A stretch of 64,000 nt of DNA from Terriglobia bacterium (GTDB lineage: Bacteria > Acidobacteriota > Terriglobia > JAIQFV01). A program made the translations under genes and the position numbers. Under the pieces are notes generated by a model. That model did no database searches. It worked only from the letters and a program-made list of their open reading frames with translations, and was not told the DNA's origin. The DNA is taken from positions 108,243 to 172,242 of the forward strand of contig JAIQFY010000010.1 in the NCBI GenBank assembly GCA_020072965.1. Direction: 5' to 3'. Positions 49,358 through 57,309 of this stretch are shown here, piece by piece (position 1 is the stretch's first letter; every line of letters begins with the position of its first letter).

Positions 49358-49401
49358 GTTTCCTTCTATTTCCTGGATTCGAGGACTAATCATTTTCCAC
49401 T

Positions 49402-50184
49402 ATGCTTCCCTATCTTGAAACGGCGCTGGACGCGGCGAGGGCAGCCGGCGATGTTCTCCTGCGCTCCTACGAAAAACCCAAGGATATCGAGTACAAGGGC
49501 GATGTCGACCTGGTCACGGAGGTCGATCGCGCCTCGGAGCAACTCATTCTCGAAAAGATCCTTGGGCAGTATCCCACCCATGCCATTGTGGCGGAGGAAA
49601 GCGGTCTCCGGAAGTCCGATTCAGAATATCGCTGGATCATTGATCCCCTGGATGGCACAACCAACTACGCTCACAATTTGCCCCTGTTTTCAGTCTCCAT
49701 CGCGCTGGAATACCGGAAAGAGATCATCGTGGGTGTCGTCTACGACCCGGTTCGGCCCGAGCTTTTTTTCGCCGAGAAGGATCGGGGGGCCTACCTGAAC
49801 GGCAAACCCATTTCGGTATCTACCGTCGACAATCTGGGCCGCTCTCTGCTTGTGACCGGTTTCCCGATCCGCAAGCGGGAAGAAGCGGAAACTAATTTGC
49901 AGGTCTTTCGGGCTTTCACCATGCGCGGGCAAGGGGTCCGCCGGCTCGGAAGTGCCGCCCTCGATATCTGCTACGTTGCCTGTGGACGCTTCGAAGCGCA
50001 TTGGGAGTTCCGTCTTCATGCCTGGGATACTGCCGCAGCCAGCCGGATTCTCTTAGAGGCAGGAGGACGCATCACCGATTTTGGAGGTCAACCGTTCGAT
50101 CCGTTCGGAACCGAAACTCTCGCAACCAACGGCAGAATCCACGAGTCCATGATGCAAGTGCTGGCGCCCTTTCGAGATAAGTAA
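49402..50184 (+). CDS. suhB: Inositol monophosphatase family protein
   Basis: DLVTEVD; WIIDPLDGTTNY; RRLGSAALD; WDTAA. Confidence 0.92.
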   Translation: MLPYLETALDAARAAGDVLLRSYEKPKDIEYKGDVDLVTEVDRASEQLILEKILGQYPTHAIVAEESGLRKSDSEYRWIIDPLDGTTNYAHNLPLFSVSIALEYRKEIIVGVVYDPVRPELFFAEKDRGAYLNGKPISVSTVDNLGRSLLVTGFPIRKREEAETNLQVFRAFTMRGQGVRRLGSAALDICYVACGRFEAHWEFRLHAWDTAAASRILLEAGGRITDFGGQPFDPFGTETLATNGRIHESMMQVLAPFRDK

Positions 50185-50186
50185 GG

Positions 50187-50366
50187 AGTTCAAAGTTCAA
50201 GGTTCAAAGTTCAAAGGCCAAAGTCCAATGAAAATCTAGTTCAAGGTTCAAAGTTCAAAGTTTAAGGTACCGTTTCGACCCTGACTTCCGACTTCTGACT
50301 TCCGACTTCTGACTTCTGACTTCTGGCTTCTGACTTCTGGCTTCTGACTTCTGGCCTCCAGCCTCC
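50187..50366. repeat. Composite 7-nt repeat block (AGTTCAA then CTTCTGA types), inverted copy of 47061-47180
   Basis: agttcaa/ggttcaa about 8 times, then about 11 cttctga/cttccga/cttctgg units. Confidence 0.9.
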
Positions 50367-50400
50367 GGCTTGTAGTCCCTGGCCACCGACAGCTAACAAA

Positions 50401-50763
50401 ATGGCAGACCGTATCCTTACCCTGATTCCGGACATGTTCTTTGCGGCCAAGGTGGAAGAGACTGCAAAGCACCTGGGGATTCCACTCGTTACCCTCCTGT
50501 CGGAAGCCTCCCTGATTATGGAAGTGAAACGAGAAAGCCCATCGATCGTCATCATCGATCTGAATTTCGACGTCAACAGGTCACCAGAAGTCATCAAAAC
50601 AGTCAAGGAGGCGTGCAGCCCCCATCCCATCCGCGTGTTGGCCTTTTTTTCTCACGTTCAGGAAGATTTAGCTGATTCCGCCCGGAGGGCGGGGGCCTTC
50701 GTGGTGGTCCCGAGATCCTATTTTTCCAAACACCTCCTTGAGATACTCCAGGGAAATTTCTAG
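50401..50763 (+). CDS. Single-domain receiver-like protein (atypical)
   Basis: IVIIDLN with the phospho-Asp position present; acidic pair and conserved Lys not evident. Confidence 0.7.
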   Translation: MADRILTLIPDMFFAAKVEETAKHLGIPLVTLLSEASLIMEVKRESPSIVIIDLNFDVNRSPEVIKTVKEACSPHPIRVLAFFSHVQEDLADSARRAGAFVVVPRSYFSKHLLEILQGNF

Positions 50764-50824
50764 CCCGGGATTTTTAAGGTTTATGTGGTCTCTGACTCAG
50801 CCGGGAAATCGTCATTCTGGATAC

Positions 50825-50927
50825 AGAAGTCGGAAAGTCGGAGATCAGATTGAGAATTCCCAGTTCGAGGCGTCTACGCCGGACCGGGTGCCTTTAATCT
50901 GACATCTGTACTCCGGCTTCTGACTTC
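50825..50927. repeat. Short inverted pair of AGAAGTC/GACTTCT heptamer tracts
   Basis: agaagtcggaaagtcggagatcagatt ... aatctgacatctgtactccggcttctgacttc. Confidence 0.6.
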
Positions 50928-51012
50928 GCCGGCATTGTGGTCAAAGATTGAATTTCTTCTGGTCAAATTCAACAAGTCCAGTTTCAGCAAAAAACCAGAG
51001 AGTCCTGTTCCC

Positions 51013-51750
51013 ATGTCTCCCCCACGACGCCGCGTCTTCACCGAAAAAGCTCGCGCTCTCGAGAAGGTTCAGGAAGAAGTAGTTCGATGCCGACGCTGTC
51101 CCCGTCTCGTCGAGTGGCGGGAAAAGGTGGCAAAGGAGAAGGTGGCGCGATATACGGGTCAGCAGTACTGGGGGAAACCGGTCCCGAGTTTTGGGGATCC
51201 CAATGCCCGGTTATGGCTCATTGGCCTTGCCCCTGCGGCCCACGGAGGCAATCGCACCGGACGAATGTTCACGGGAGATCGAAGCGGCGACTGGCTGTAC
51301 CGCACCCTATACAAATTTGGATTCTCGAATCAACCCTCGTCAATCCTTCGGAACGACGGATTGAAACTGATCAACTGTTACATCACGGCATCGGCGCGAT
51401 GTGCGCCGCCTTTGAACAAGCTACTCCCGGGGGAACTCCAAAACTGCCGGCCATTCCTTCGAAAGGAATTGAGTGCTCTGGGGGCAAACGCTCCGGGGAT
51501 GGAACCAGCCGTCGTGATTGCCTTGGGAAAGGTTGCCTTTGATACGTTCTTGAAGACATTCAGCGAACTCGGCGGGCAGCTGCCTCGTCCCCGGCCAAGG
51601 TTCTCACATGGTGTCGAATTTCATCTCTCTACGAAGTTGACACTCATAGCTTCATTCCATCCAAGCCAACAGAATACCTTTACAGGCAAGCTGACCGAGC
51701 CCATGTTCGATCGGGTGTTTAGACGGGCCCGGGAGCTGCTTTCGACCTGA
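51013..51750 (+). CDS. Uracil-DNA glycosylase family 5 (UdgB type)
   Basis: CRRCPRL; GLAPAAHGGNRTGRMFTGDRSG; HPSQQNT. Confidence 0.92.
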   Translation: MSPPRRRVFTEKARALEKVQEEVVRCRRCPRLVEWREKVAKEKVARYTGQQYWGKPVPSFGDPNARLWLIGLAPAAHGGNRTGRMFTGDRSGDWLYRTLYKFGFSNQPSSILRNDGLKLINCYITASARCAPPLNKLLPGELQNCRPFLRKELSALGANAPGMEPAVVIALGKVAFDTFLKTFSELGGQLPRPRPRFSHGVEFHLSTKLTLIASFHPSQQNTFTGKLTEPMFDRVFRRARELLST

Positions 51751-51926
51751 GAGTTCGCCCTCATCCCAATAGATCGAGGTCTCCAGCACCCGACCCTTGA
51801 ATTAAAGGTCTGAGTGACGGCCTCAACAAAATTCCACCTCAACCTCTAAGGGTGGAACCGGCAAATTCACCATTCCCTGATTATTCCTTGCTCTGAGAAT
51901 TTGTTTCTGCCTAGAATGCCCTCACT

Positions 51927-53063
51927 GTGGAGACATTTCAGCGCGCGGCAGACCTCCTGGGTCGGGTAAGGAAAAAGAAACGACTGAACACGGTCGTGTT
52001 TTTCGTGACCTCAATCTGCAATGAGAAATGCCGTCATTGTTTTTACTGGGAGGAGCTGAACCAGCGCGGAGATCTTACCCTGGATCAAATCATGAAAGTC
52101 TCGCAAACCATGCCCAGGATCACCGATCTGTGGATTTCCGGCGGCGAACCGTTCATGCGAAAGGATCTCCCGGAAATCATCGAGACCTTTTATCGAAACA
52201 ATGACGTTCGATGGATCAATCTTCCTACTAACGGCCTCTTTAAAGACCGGGCGCATGAGTGGCTCGACCGCGTTTTACGCCGGTGCCCCGAGCTGCATAT
52301 CGATTTGAATGTCAGTCTGGACGGGTTTCAAGCGACACACGAGCGGATCCGAGGCGTCCCCCGTTGTTATGAGAAAACGGTGGAAATGATCCGAAGCCTG
52401 CCCCCGCTCGTCGGAGAGCACCGCCAGCAGCTTCGCGTCAACGTGAACACCTGTTTAAACGGGGACAACTGCATGGAATTGATCGAGTTCATGAAGTTTG
52501 TCTTTGAGGAACTGCCAGTGGACGGACAGTATCTTCAACTTATCCGTGGAAATCCGATGGACCCGGAAATGAAGACCATCCCGCTTCAGGCGCTCCGGGA
52601 GATTTACGACTTTGCACGGGTACTTTATGAGAAATATTCGGAGCGTATGTTTCGTCACCTGGGGGGTCTTTCGAAGGGACTGGCCAAGACGGCATACGTG
52701 GGCACACTGGCGCTTCACAACAAGATCCAATATGCCAACTACCTCGAGTCGACCCGATGGCCCATGGCTTGTACTGCGGGCGAGACGTTCTGCGTGATTG
52801 ATTATAACGGCGACGTCCGCGCCTGCGAACTTCGTGGCAAATTAGCCAATCTTCGGGATTACGATTATGATTTCTCGAAGTTCTGGTCAGATCGGCGTCG
52901 GCAAAAGGAGCTGAATCAGATCGTGTGTGATCAGTGCTGGTGCACGCACGTCTGCAATATTCATGATTCCCTGCGATATGCCCCCAAAGTCCTTCTCTAT
53001 GACATTCCTACCACGTTCGTTGATACCCGCCCGGGCGCCGCAGCCCAAAAACACTTCCACTAG
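51927..53063 (+). CDS. Radical SAM protein with SPASM/twitch domain
   Basis: CNEKCRHC; SGGEPF; CTAG...IDYNGDVRAC...CDQCWCTHVC. Confidence 0.9.
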   Translation: METFQRAADLLGRVRKKKRLNTVVFFVTSICNEKCRHCFYWEELNQRGDLTLDQIMKVSQTMPRITDLWISGGEPFMRKDLPEIIETFYRNNDVRWINLPTNGLFKDRAHEWLDRVLRRCPELHIDLNVSLDGFQATHERIRGVPRCYEKTVEMIRSLPPLVGEHRQQLRVNVNTCLNGDNCMELIEFMKFVFEELPVDGQYLQLIRGNPMDPEMKTIPLQALREIYDFARVLYEKYSERMFRHLGGLSKGLAKTAYVGTLALHNKIQYANYLESTRWPMACTAGETFCVIDYNGDVRACELRGKLANLRDYDYDFSKFWSDRRRQKELNQIVCDQCWCTHVCNIHDSLRYAPKVLLYDIPTTFVDTRPGAAAQKHFH

Positions 53064-53184
53064 CTGGACGCACGCCCAAGGCCAGAGATGAGGAGGGGCA
53101 AAAACCTGGCGGACCGCCTCCAAAGCAAACTCTTTCCATCCGCGGGAGATCCGGGATGCCAAACAAAATTGGATTTGTAACAGT

Positions 53185-53676
53185 TTAAAAAAGAATCTTT
53201 CGGGCAGAAAATCGTTTGTGAAGAAATGAATCGAGCCCCCAGGTCCGGCCGGCATGGGCCGACAGAAAGATCAGAAAGAGCAGGGCGGGGCAAAAGTGTT
53301 CCAGGTTGGCGCCGAGGTATCTCCACAACGGCCAATGGGGTTGATAACCCGTGGAGAAAGCTAAAGCCATCATGTAAATGAATCCAAAAATTGACGCCAG
53401 ACCGACGCCAGCCCCCAACACCAGGGATAAACCAATTAAGGTTTCACTGACCCCAACGAAGTAACCGAAGAAGCTGGCATGTGGAAGCACTAGACTCTGA
53501 AGGACCGGTCTGAAAAACGGATAGGCGGAGTCTTTGATGAAGCTGTGGAGGTAATGCTGAAGACCGCCGTTCGCAAAAGCCGGCGTCGCCAGTTTATACT
53601 GGCCGAAGAACAAAAAGAACGCTCCCAGGATGATACGGCAAAACACCAGGGTTTTTCGCCCTGCCCCTCGCTCCAT
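53185..53676 (-). CDS. DoxX/TQO small subunit family membrane protein
   Basis: RIILGAFFLFFGQYK; ETLIGLSLVLG; AGRTWGLD. Confidence 0.85.
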   Translation of the reverse strand: MERGAGRKTLVFCRIILGAFFLFFGQYKLATPAFANGGLQHYLHSFIKDSAYPFFRPVLQSLVLPHASFFGYFVGVSETLIGLSLVLGAGVGLASIFGFIYMMALAFSTGYQPHWPLWRYLGANLEHFCPALLFLIFLSAHAGRTWGLDSFLHKRFSARKILF

Positions 53677-54002
53677 ATCGCCTCCCGCAACTGTGTATTT
53701 CCTGGCCTGCTCCCTGGACTCCCGGAATATTGAGCCACCCCGGTTACAAACCCATTTTCCCGCTGAAGACTACGCATAATCCGGCCTCAGTTCAAGCCCT
53801 AATGAGACCGCATCGTCGACCCCCAAATGAGGTCCGCATGGGTTAATGGCGGAATCACGGTCTCTCCAAGCTGACGAAGCTGGGACAGATTAGGATACCT
53901 CGGCGGAGTGGAGAAGGGTCCCTACGATTTCCTGTTCATCAGCCACAAAGGCTTTACAACCCAAGGGGGCGTCGCTAGAATGAGATCTTCTAGAAAACGT
54001 CC

Positions 54003-54992
54003 ATGACATCGACCCTGTATGACGTCGGCATTATTGGCGCAGGACCCGCAGGCTTGGCCTGTGGCATCGAAGCCACTAAATTAGAGCTCAGCCACGTCAT
54101 CATCGAGAAAGGTTGCCTCGTCAATTCCCTCGCCCATTATCCGATCAACATGGTGTTCTTTACGACCCCTGAACTGCTCGAAATCGGGGGCTTGCCCTTG
54201 ATATCCGCGCACGAGAAGCCCACCCGACTGGAAGGCCTGAAGTACTACCGGCGTGCCGTGGAGACATATCACTTGAACGTCCATCAGTACGAAAGAGTGG
54301 AGGGTGTGTCGGGGTTCAATGGAGACTTTAGTATTCGCACCCGGGAACGCCTGGGTCAGAGTAGAAGTTACAAAGCCCGCAAACTGATCGTGGCGACAGG
54401 GTATTACGACAACCCGAACCGGCTGGGGATCCCCGGCGAAGACCTTCCAAAGGTGTCGCATTACTACACTGAAGCGCATCCCTATTACGACCAGGAGGTG
54501 GCCGTGATCGGGGGGCGCAACTCCGCGATTGAGACGGCCTTGGATTTATTTCGAAATGATTCCCACGTGACCCTGATCTACCGCGGCGCGGAGTTCAGCA
54601 ACTCGGTCAAGTATTGGATCAAGCCGGACATAGAAAACCGCGTCAAGCGAGGTGAAATCAAGGTGCATTTTAATACTCAGGTGATCGCCATCAAGCCGGA
54701 CGCTGTCGTCATCCAGAATTCCAATGGGAAAGTGGAGCTCAAAAATGACTTTGTGTTTGCCTTGACGGGCTACCGGCCAGACGAATCCTTCTTGCGATCG
54801 ATGGGGATTGAATTGAGTCCCATCGATTTGAAACCCACTCTCCATCCGGAATCATTCGAAACAAACGTTCCGGGCGTCCACATGGCGGGATCGATTGTCG
54901 CCGGGCTCAAGAACAACGAGATCTTCATCGAAAACGGACGATTCCACGGAAAAGTAATCCTCCAATCCATCGCCCGTTCACTGCGAGGCTGA
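54003..54992 (+). CDS. ypdA: YpdA family putative bacillithiol disulfide reductase
   Basis: GAGPAGLAC; EKGCLVNSL..YP..MVFFTT; SVKYWIKPDIENR; IFIENGRFH. Confidence 0.88.
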   Translation: MTSTLYDVGIIGAGPAGLACGIEATKLELSHVIIEKGCLVNSLAHYPINMVFFTTPELLEIGGLPLISAHEKPTRLEGLKYYRRAVETYHLNVHQYERVEGVSGFNGDFSIRTRERLGQSRSYKARKLIVATGYYDNPNRLGIPGEDLPKVSHYYTEAHPYYDQEVAVIGGRNSAIETALDLFRNDSHVTLIYRGAEFSNSVKYWIKPDIENRVKRGEIKVHFNTQVIAIKPDAVVIQNSNGKVELKNDFVFALTGYRPDESFLRSMGIELSPIDLKPTLHPESFETNVPGVHMAGSIVAGLKNNEIFIENGRFHGKVILQSIARSLRG

Positions 54993-54995
54993 CCC

Positions 54996-55445
54996 ATGAC
55001 TCTACAGGAACGCATCCAAAAAGACATTCAGGACGCCATGCGCGCCAAGGATTCACTGCGGCTGGATGCCCTGCGCATGATGAAAGCCGCCGTTAAGAAC
55101 AAAGAGGTCGAGAAAATCAAGCCGCTCGATGAGAATGAGTGTCTTCAGGTGTTCGCAACGTTGATCAAGCAACGTAAAGATTCCATTGAGCAGTTCACCA
55201 AGGGTGGACGACTGGAGTTGGCCGCCAAGGAAGCGGCTGAAATCAAAATCATCGAAGAGTACATGCCCGCTGCAGCAACCGCCGAGGAAATGGAGACGGC
55301 GGTTGCGGACGCGATTTCGGAAACGGGAGCTTCTACTCTAAAAGACATGGGTGCGGTGATGAAGATGGCGATGGCGAAGTTCGCGGGAAAACCTGTGGAT
55401 GGAAAAGCCGTGAGTGAGTTGGTGCGCCGAAGGCTGGCCTCCTGA
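54996..55445 (+). CDS. GatB/YqeY domain protein
   Basis: AMRAKD...KQRKDSIEQF.KGGR.ELA..E; KDMGAVMK. Confidence 0.92.
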   Translation: MTLQERIQKDIQDAMRAKDSLRLDALRMMKAAVKNKEVEKIKPLDENECLQVFATLIKQRKDSIEQFTKGGRLELAAKEAAEIKIIEEYMPAAATAEEMETAVADAISETGASTLKDMGAVMKMAMAKFAGKPVDGKAVSELVRRRLAS

Positions 55446-55516
55446 GGCTCTTTGCGGCAACTCGTTCAGCCGGAGTTTGCTACACATGAATCTTGTCATT
55501 CAATCGGGGAGGATCC

Positions 55517-56383
55517 ATGAAAAAGTCTCGCCTGCTTCTGACCGTCGTAATCTTCCTGGGCCTGTGGTTACTGCCGCCCAATCATCTCCCGGCGCAAAAG
55601 GAAGAGGCCCAAAAAGTGGGCAAGGAAATCACGAAACGGGCCCGCCGCATCGCGGGAAAGGACCGACTGGACGGCGTTCTCTCCGGACGAACCCGCGTCC
55701 TGGACCTGACTTATCCCCTGAATGCACAGACCCCTTATTGGCCGGCCCCGAACTACGAGCCCTTAAAGCATGAATTTTTTGCCACCCTCGAAAAGGATGG
55801 TGTCCTTTCAGGGAGGTATTGTGCGCCGGAGCACCTGGGGACCCACGTGGATGCCCCGAACCACTTTGAACGAGGGGGAATTCCCCTCGACAAAATCGCG
55901 CTGGATGATCTGTTCGGTTATGCCGTGGTGATCAATGTCCGGGGAAAAGCGGCTTCCAATCCCGATTATCGAGTCTCTCCTGCCGACCTTCAGGAATGGG
56001 AGCGGAAGAATCACGAGATTCCGGATGGCGCTATCGTGCTCGCGTACACCGGCTGGGGAGAGCGGGTCGAGAATCTCGAGCAATATCAGAACAAGGATTC
56101 TCAGGGAGTCATGCACTTTCCGGGTTGGTCAACCGAGGCGGTGGATTTTCTCCTTCGCGCCCGCAACATCAATGCCATTGGCATGGACACCCTTTCGATG
56201 GACTACGGACCCTCGAAGGATTTCGCCGTCCACCATCTGCTGATGAGCGCCGGAAAGTATGGTCTCGAAAACGTCGCGCATCTCGATCAAATGCCTCCGC
56301 GCGGCGGTTTCTTGATCGTTTCTCCCATCAAGATTGAAGGGGGCAGCGGCGGCCAGGCCCGGATCTATGCGCTGATTGAATGA
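55517..56383 (+). CDS. Cyclase (kynurenine formamidase-like) metal hydrolase with signal peptide
   Basis: EHLGTHVDAPNHF; HFPG; GMDTLSMD; GLENV. Confidence 0.88.
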   Translation: MKKSRLLLTVVIFLGLWLLPPNHLPAQKEEAQKVGKEITKRARRIAGKDRLDGVLSGRTRVLDLTYPLNAQTPYWPAPNYEPLKHEFFATLEKDGVLSGRYCAPEHLGTHVDAPNHFERGGIPLDKIALDDLFGYAVVINVRGKAASNPDYRVSPADLQEWERKNHEIPDGAIVLAYTGWGERVENLEQYQNKDSQGVMHFPGWSTEAVDFLLRARNINAIGMDTLSMDYGPSKDFAVHHLLMSAGKYGLENVAHLDQMPPRGGFLIVSPIKIEGGSGGQARIYALIE

Positions 56384-56387
56384 CGTC

Positions 56388-56577
56388 GTAGTAACGACTT
56401 CAGTCGTTACTCCTCCCCAATCCGTGCACAGAGAATGCTTACACTTCAAGCAACGACTGAAGTCGTCACTACCCCCGCCACTCCAACACATCGTAGTAAC
56501 GACTTCAGTCGTTGCTCCTGTCAGATCCGGAGATAGAAATCTCCCAGGTTTTACTTGACGACTGAAGTCGTCACTAC
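56388..56577. repeat. Two inverted REP pairs (REPINs), GTAG family
   Basis: GTAGTAACGACTTCAGTCGTT at 56388 and 56493; reverse copies (GTAGTGACGACTTCAGTCGT) ending at 56472 and 56577. Confidence 0.93.
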
Positions 56578-56578
56578 A

Positions 56579-57178
56579 CTAGTCATCCCAACCCTTTCCA
56601 AAGTCCCGGGGTGGGTAAGTAATCCAATTCTCACGCAACCACTGCCGACCATAAGATTCCTTGTAGCTATCCACACTTGACCAGGGCCATTCAAAGGGAT
56701 CCGAAACATAGCCATGTTTTACAGGATTATAATGAATGTAATTCAGAGCCCGGTAAAAATGCCTCGTATCCCGAATCATCCGGTCCTCAAACTTGTACCA
56801 GACCCGTCGTTGTCCATCCAAGCCATCCTCTAGATTCCATTCCCTTGACGTCGCACCATGAAGTTGCTTCAGAACGGCTGAAACAAGGTCGAGCGAAGAA
56901 ACGTCAACGAGAAGGTGATAATGGTTTGGGAGGATTACCCACCCTGAAACATCGGCTTCGACCGAATCCATAGACTCCAACAAGCGCGCTTCAAATTCGG
57001 TCAGGCGCTCTGGAGTGTCCATAACAGGAGCATGCTCGAAATTCGCTGCTGTGATCAAGTATTCACCTGCCATGCGAAACGGGTGTGGAGGGGCATGAAG
57101 CGGGTACCCGCGCTCGCGGCGCTGACGCAAGATCACTTCCCTCTCAAGAATTGTCATCCGGCGATATAGATAAGACAT
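56579..57178 (-). CDS. REP-associated tyrosine transposase (RAYT, TnpA-REP)
   Basis: HUH motif VILPNHYHLLV; YIHYNPVKHGYV catalytic Tyr region; WPWSS; flanked by REPs. Confidence 0.92.
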   Translation of the reverse strand: MSYLYRRMTILEREVILRQRRERGYPLHAPPHPFRMAGEYLITAANFEHAPVMDTPERLTEFEARLLESMDSVEADVSGWVILPNHYHLLVDVSSLDLVSAVLKQLHGATSREWNLEDGLDGQRRVWYKFEDRMIRDTRHFYRALNYIHYNPVKHGYVSDPFEWPWSSVDSYKESYGRQWLRENWITYPPRDFGKGWDD

Positions 57179-57259
57179 AATTGTTTAGGCCCGATGTCCT
57201 CTCCATCAGTCAATGCCAGGGTGTCTGCGGCAACGTGGCGAGGTCTTCGCCTTGTTTAT

Positions 57260-57308
57260 GTAGTAACGACTTCAGTCGTTAAGGCGTAACGACTAAAGTC
57301 GTTACTAC
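57260..57308. repeat. Inverted REP pair upstream of the RAYT gene
   Basis: GTAGTAACGACTTCAGTCGTTA-AGGC-GTAACGACTAAAGTCGTTACTAC. Confidence 0.93.
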
Positions 57309-57309
57309 G

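Larger units (their letters stand above)
56388..57308. mobile_element. REPtron (RAYT plus flanking REPINs)
   Basis: Six REP copies in three inverted pairs on both sides of the RAYT gene. Confidence 0.88.

Noticed and set aside
53799..53880. Hammerhead ribozyme (CTAATGAG and CTGACGA cores)
   Set aside because: No correctly placed GAAA or matching stems.
56388..56577. CRISPR-like repeat-spacer pattern
   Set aside because: Repeats alternate in orientation, begin with GTAG and flank a RAYT; there are no cas genes. These are REPINs.
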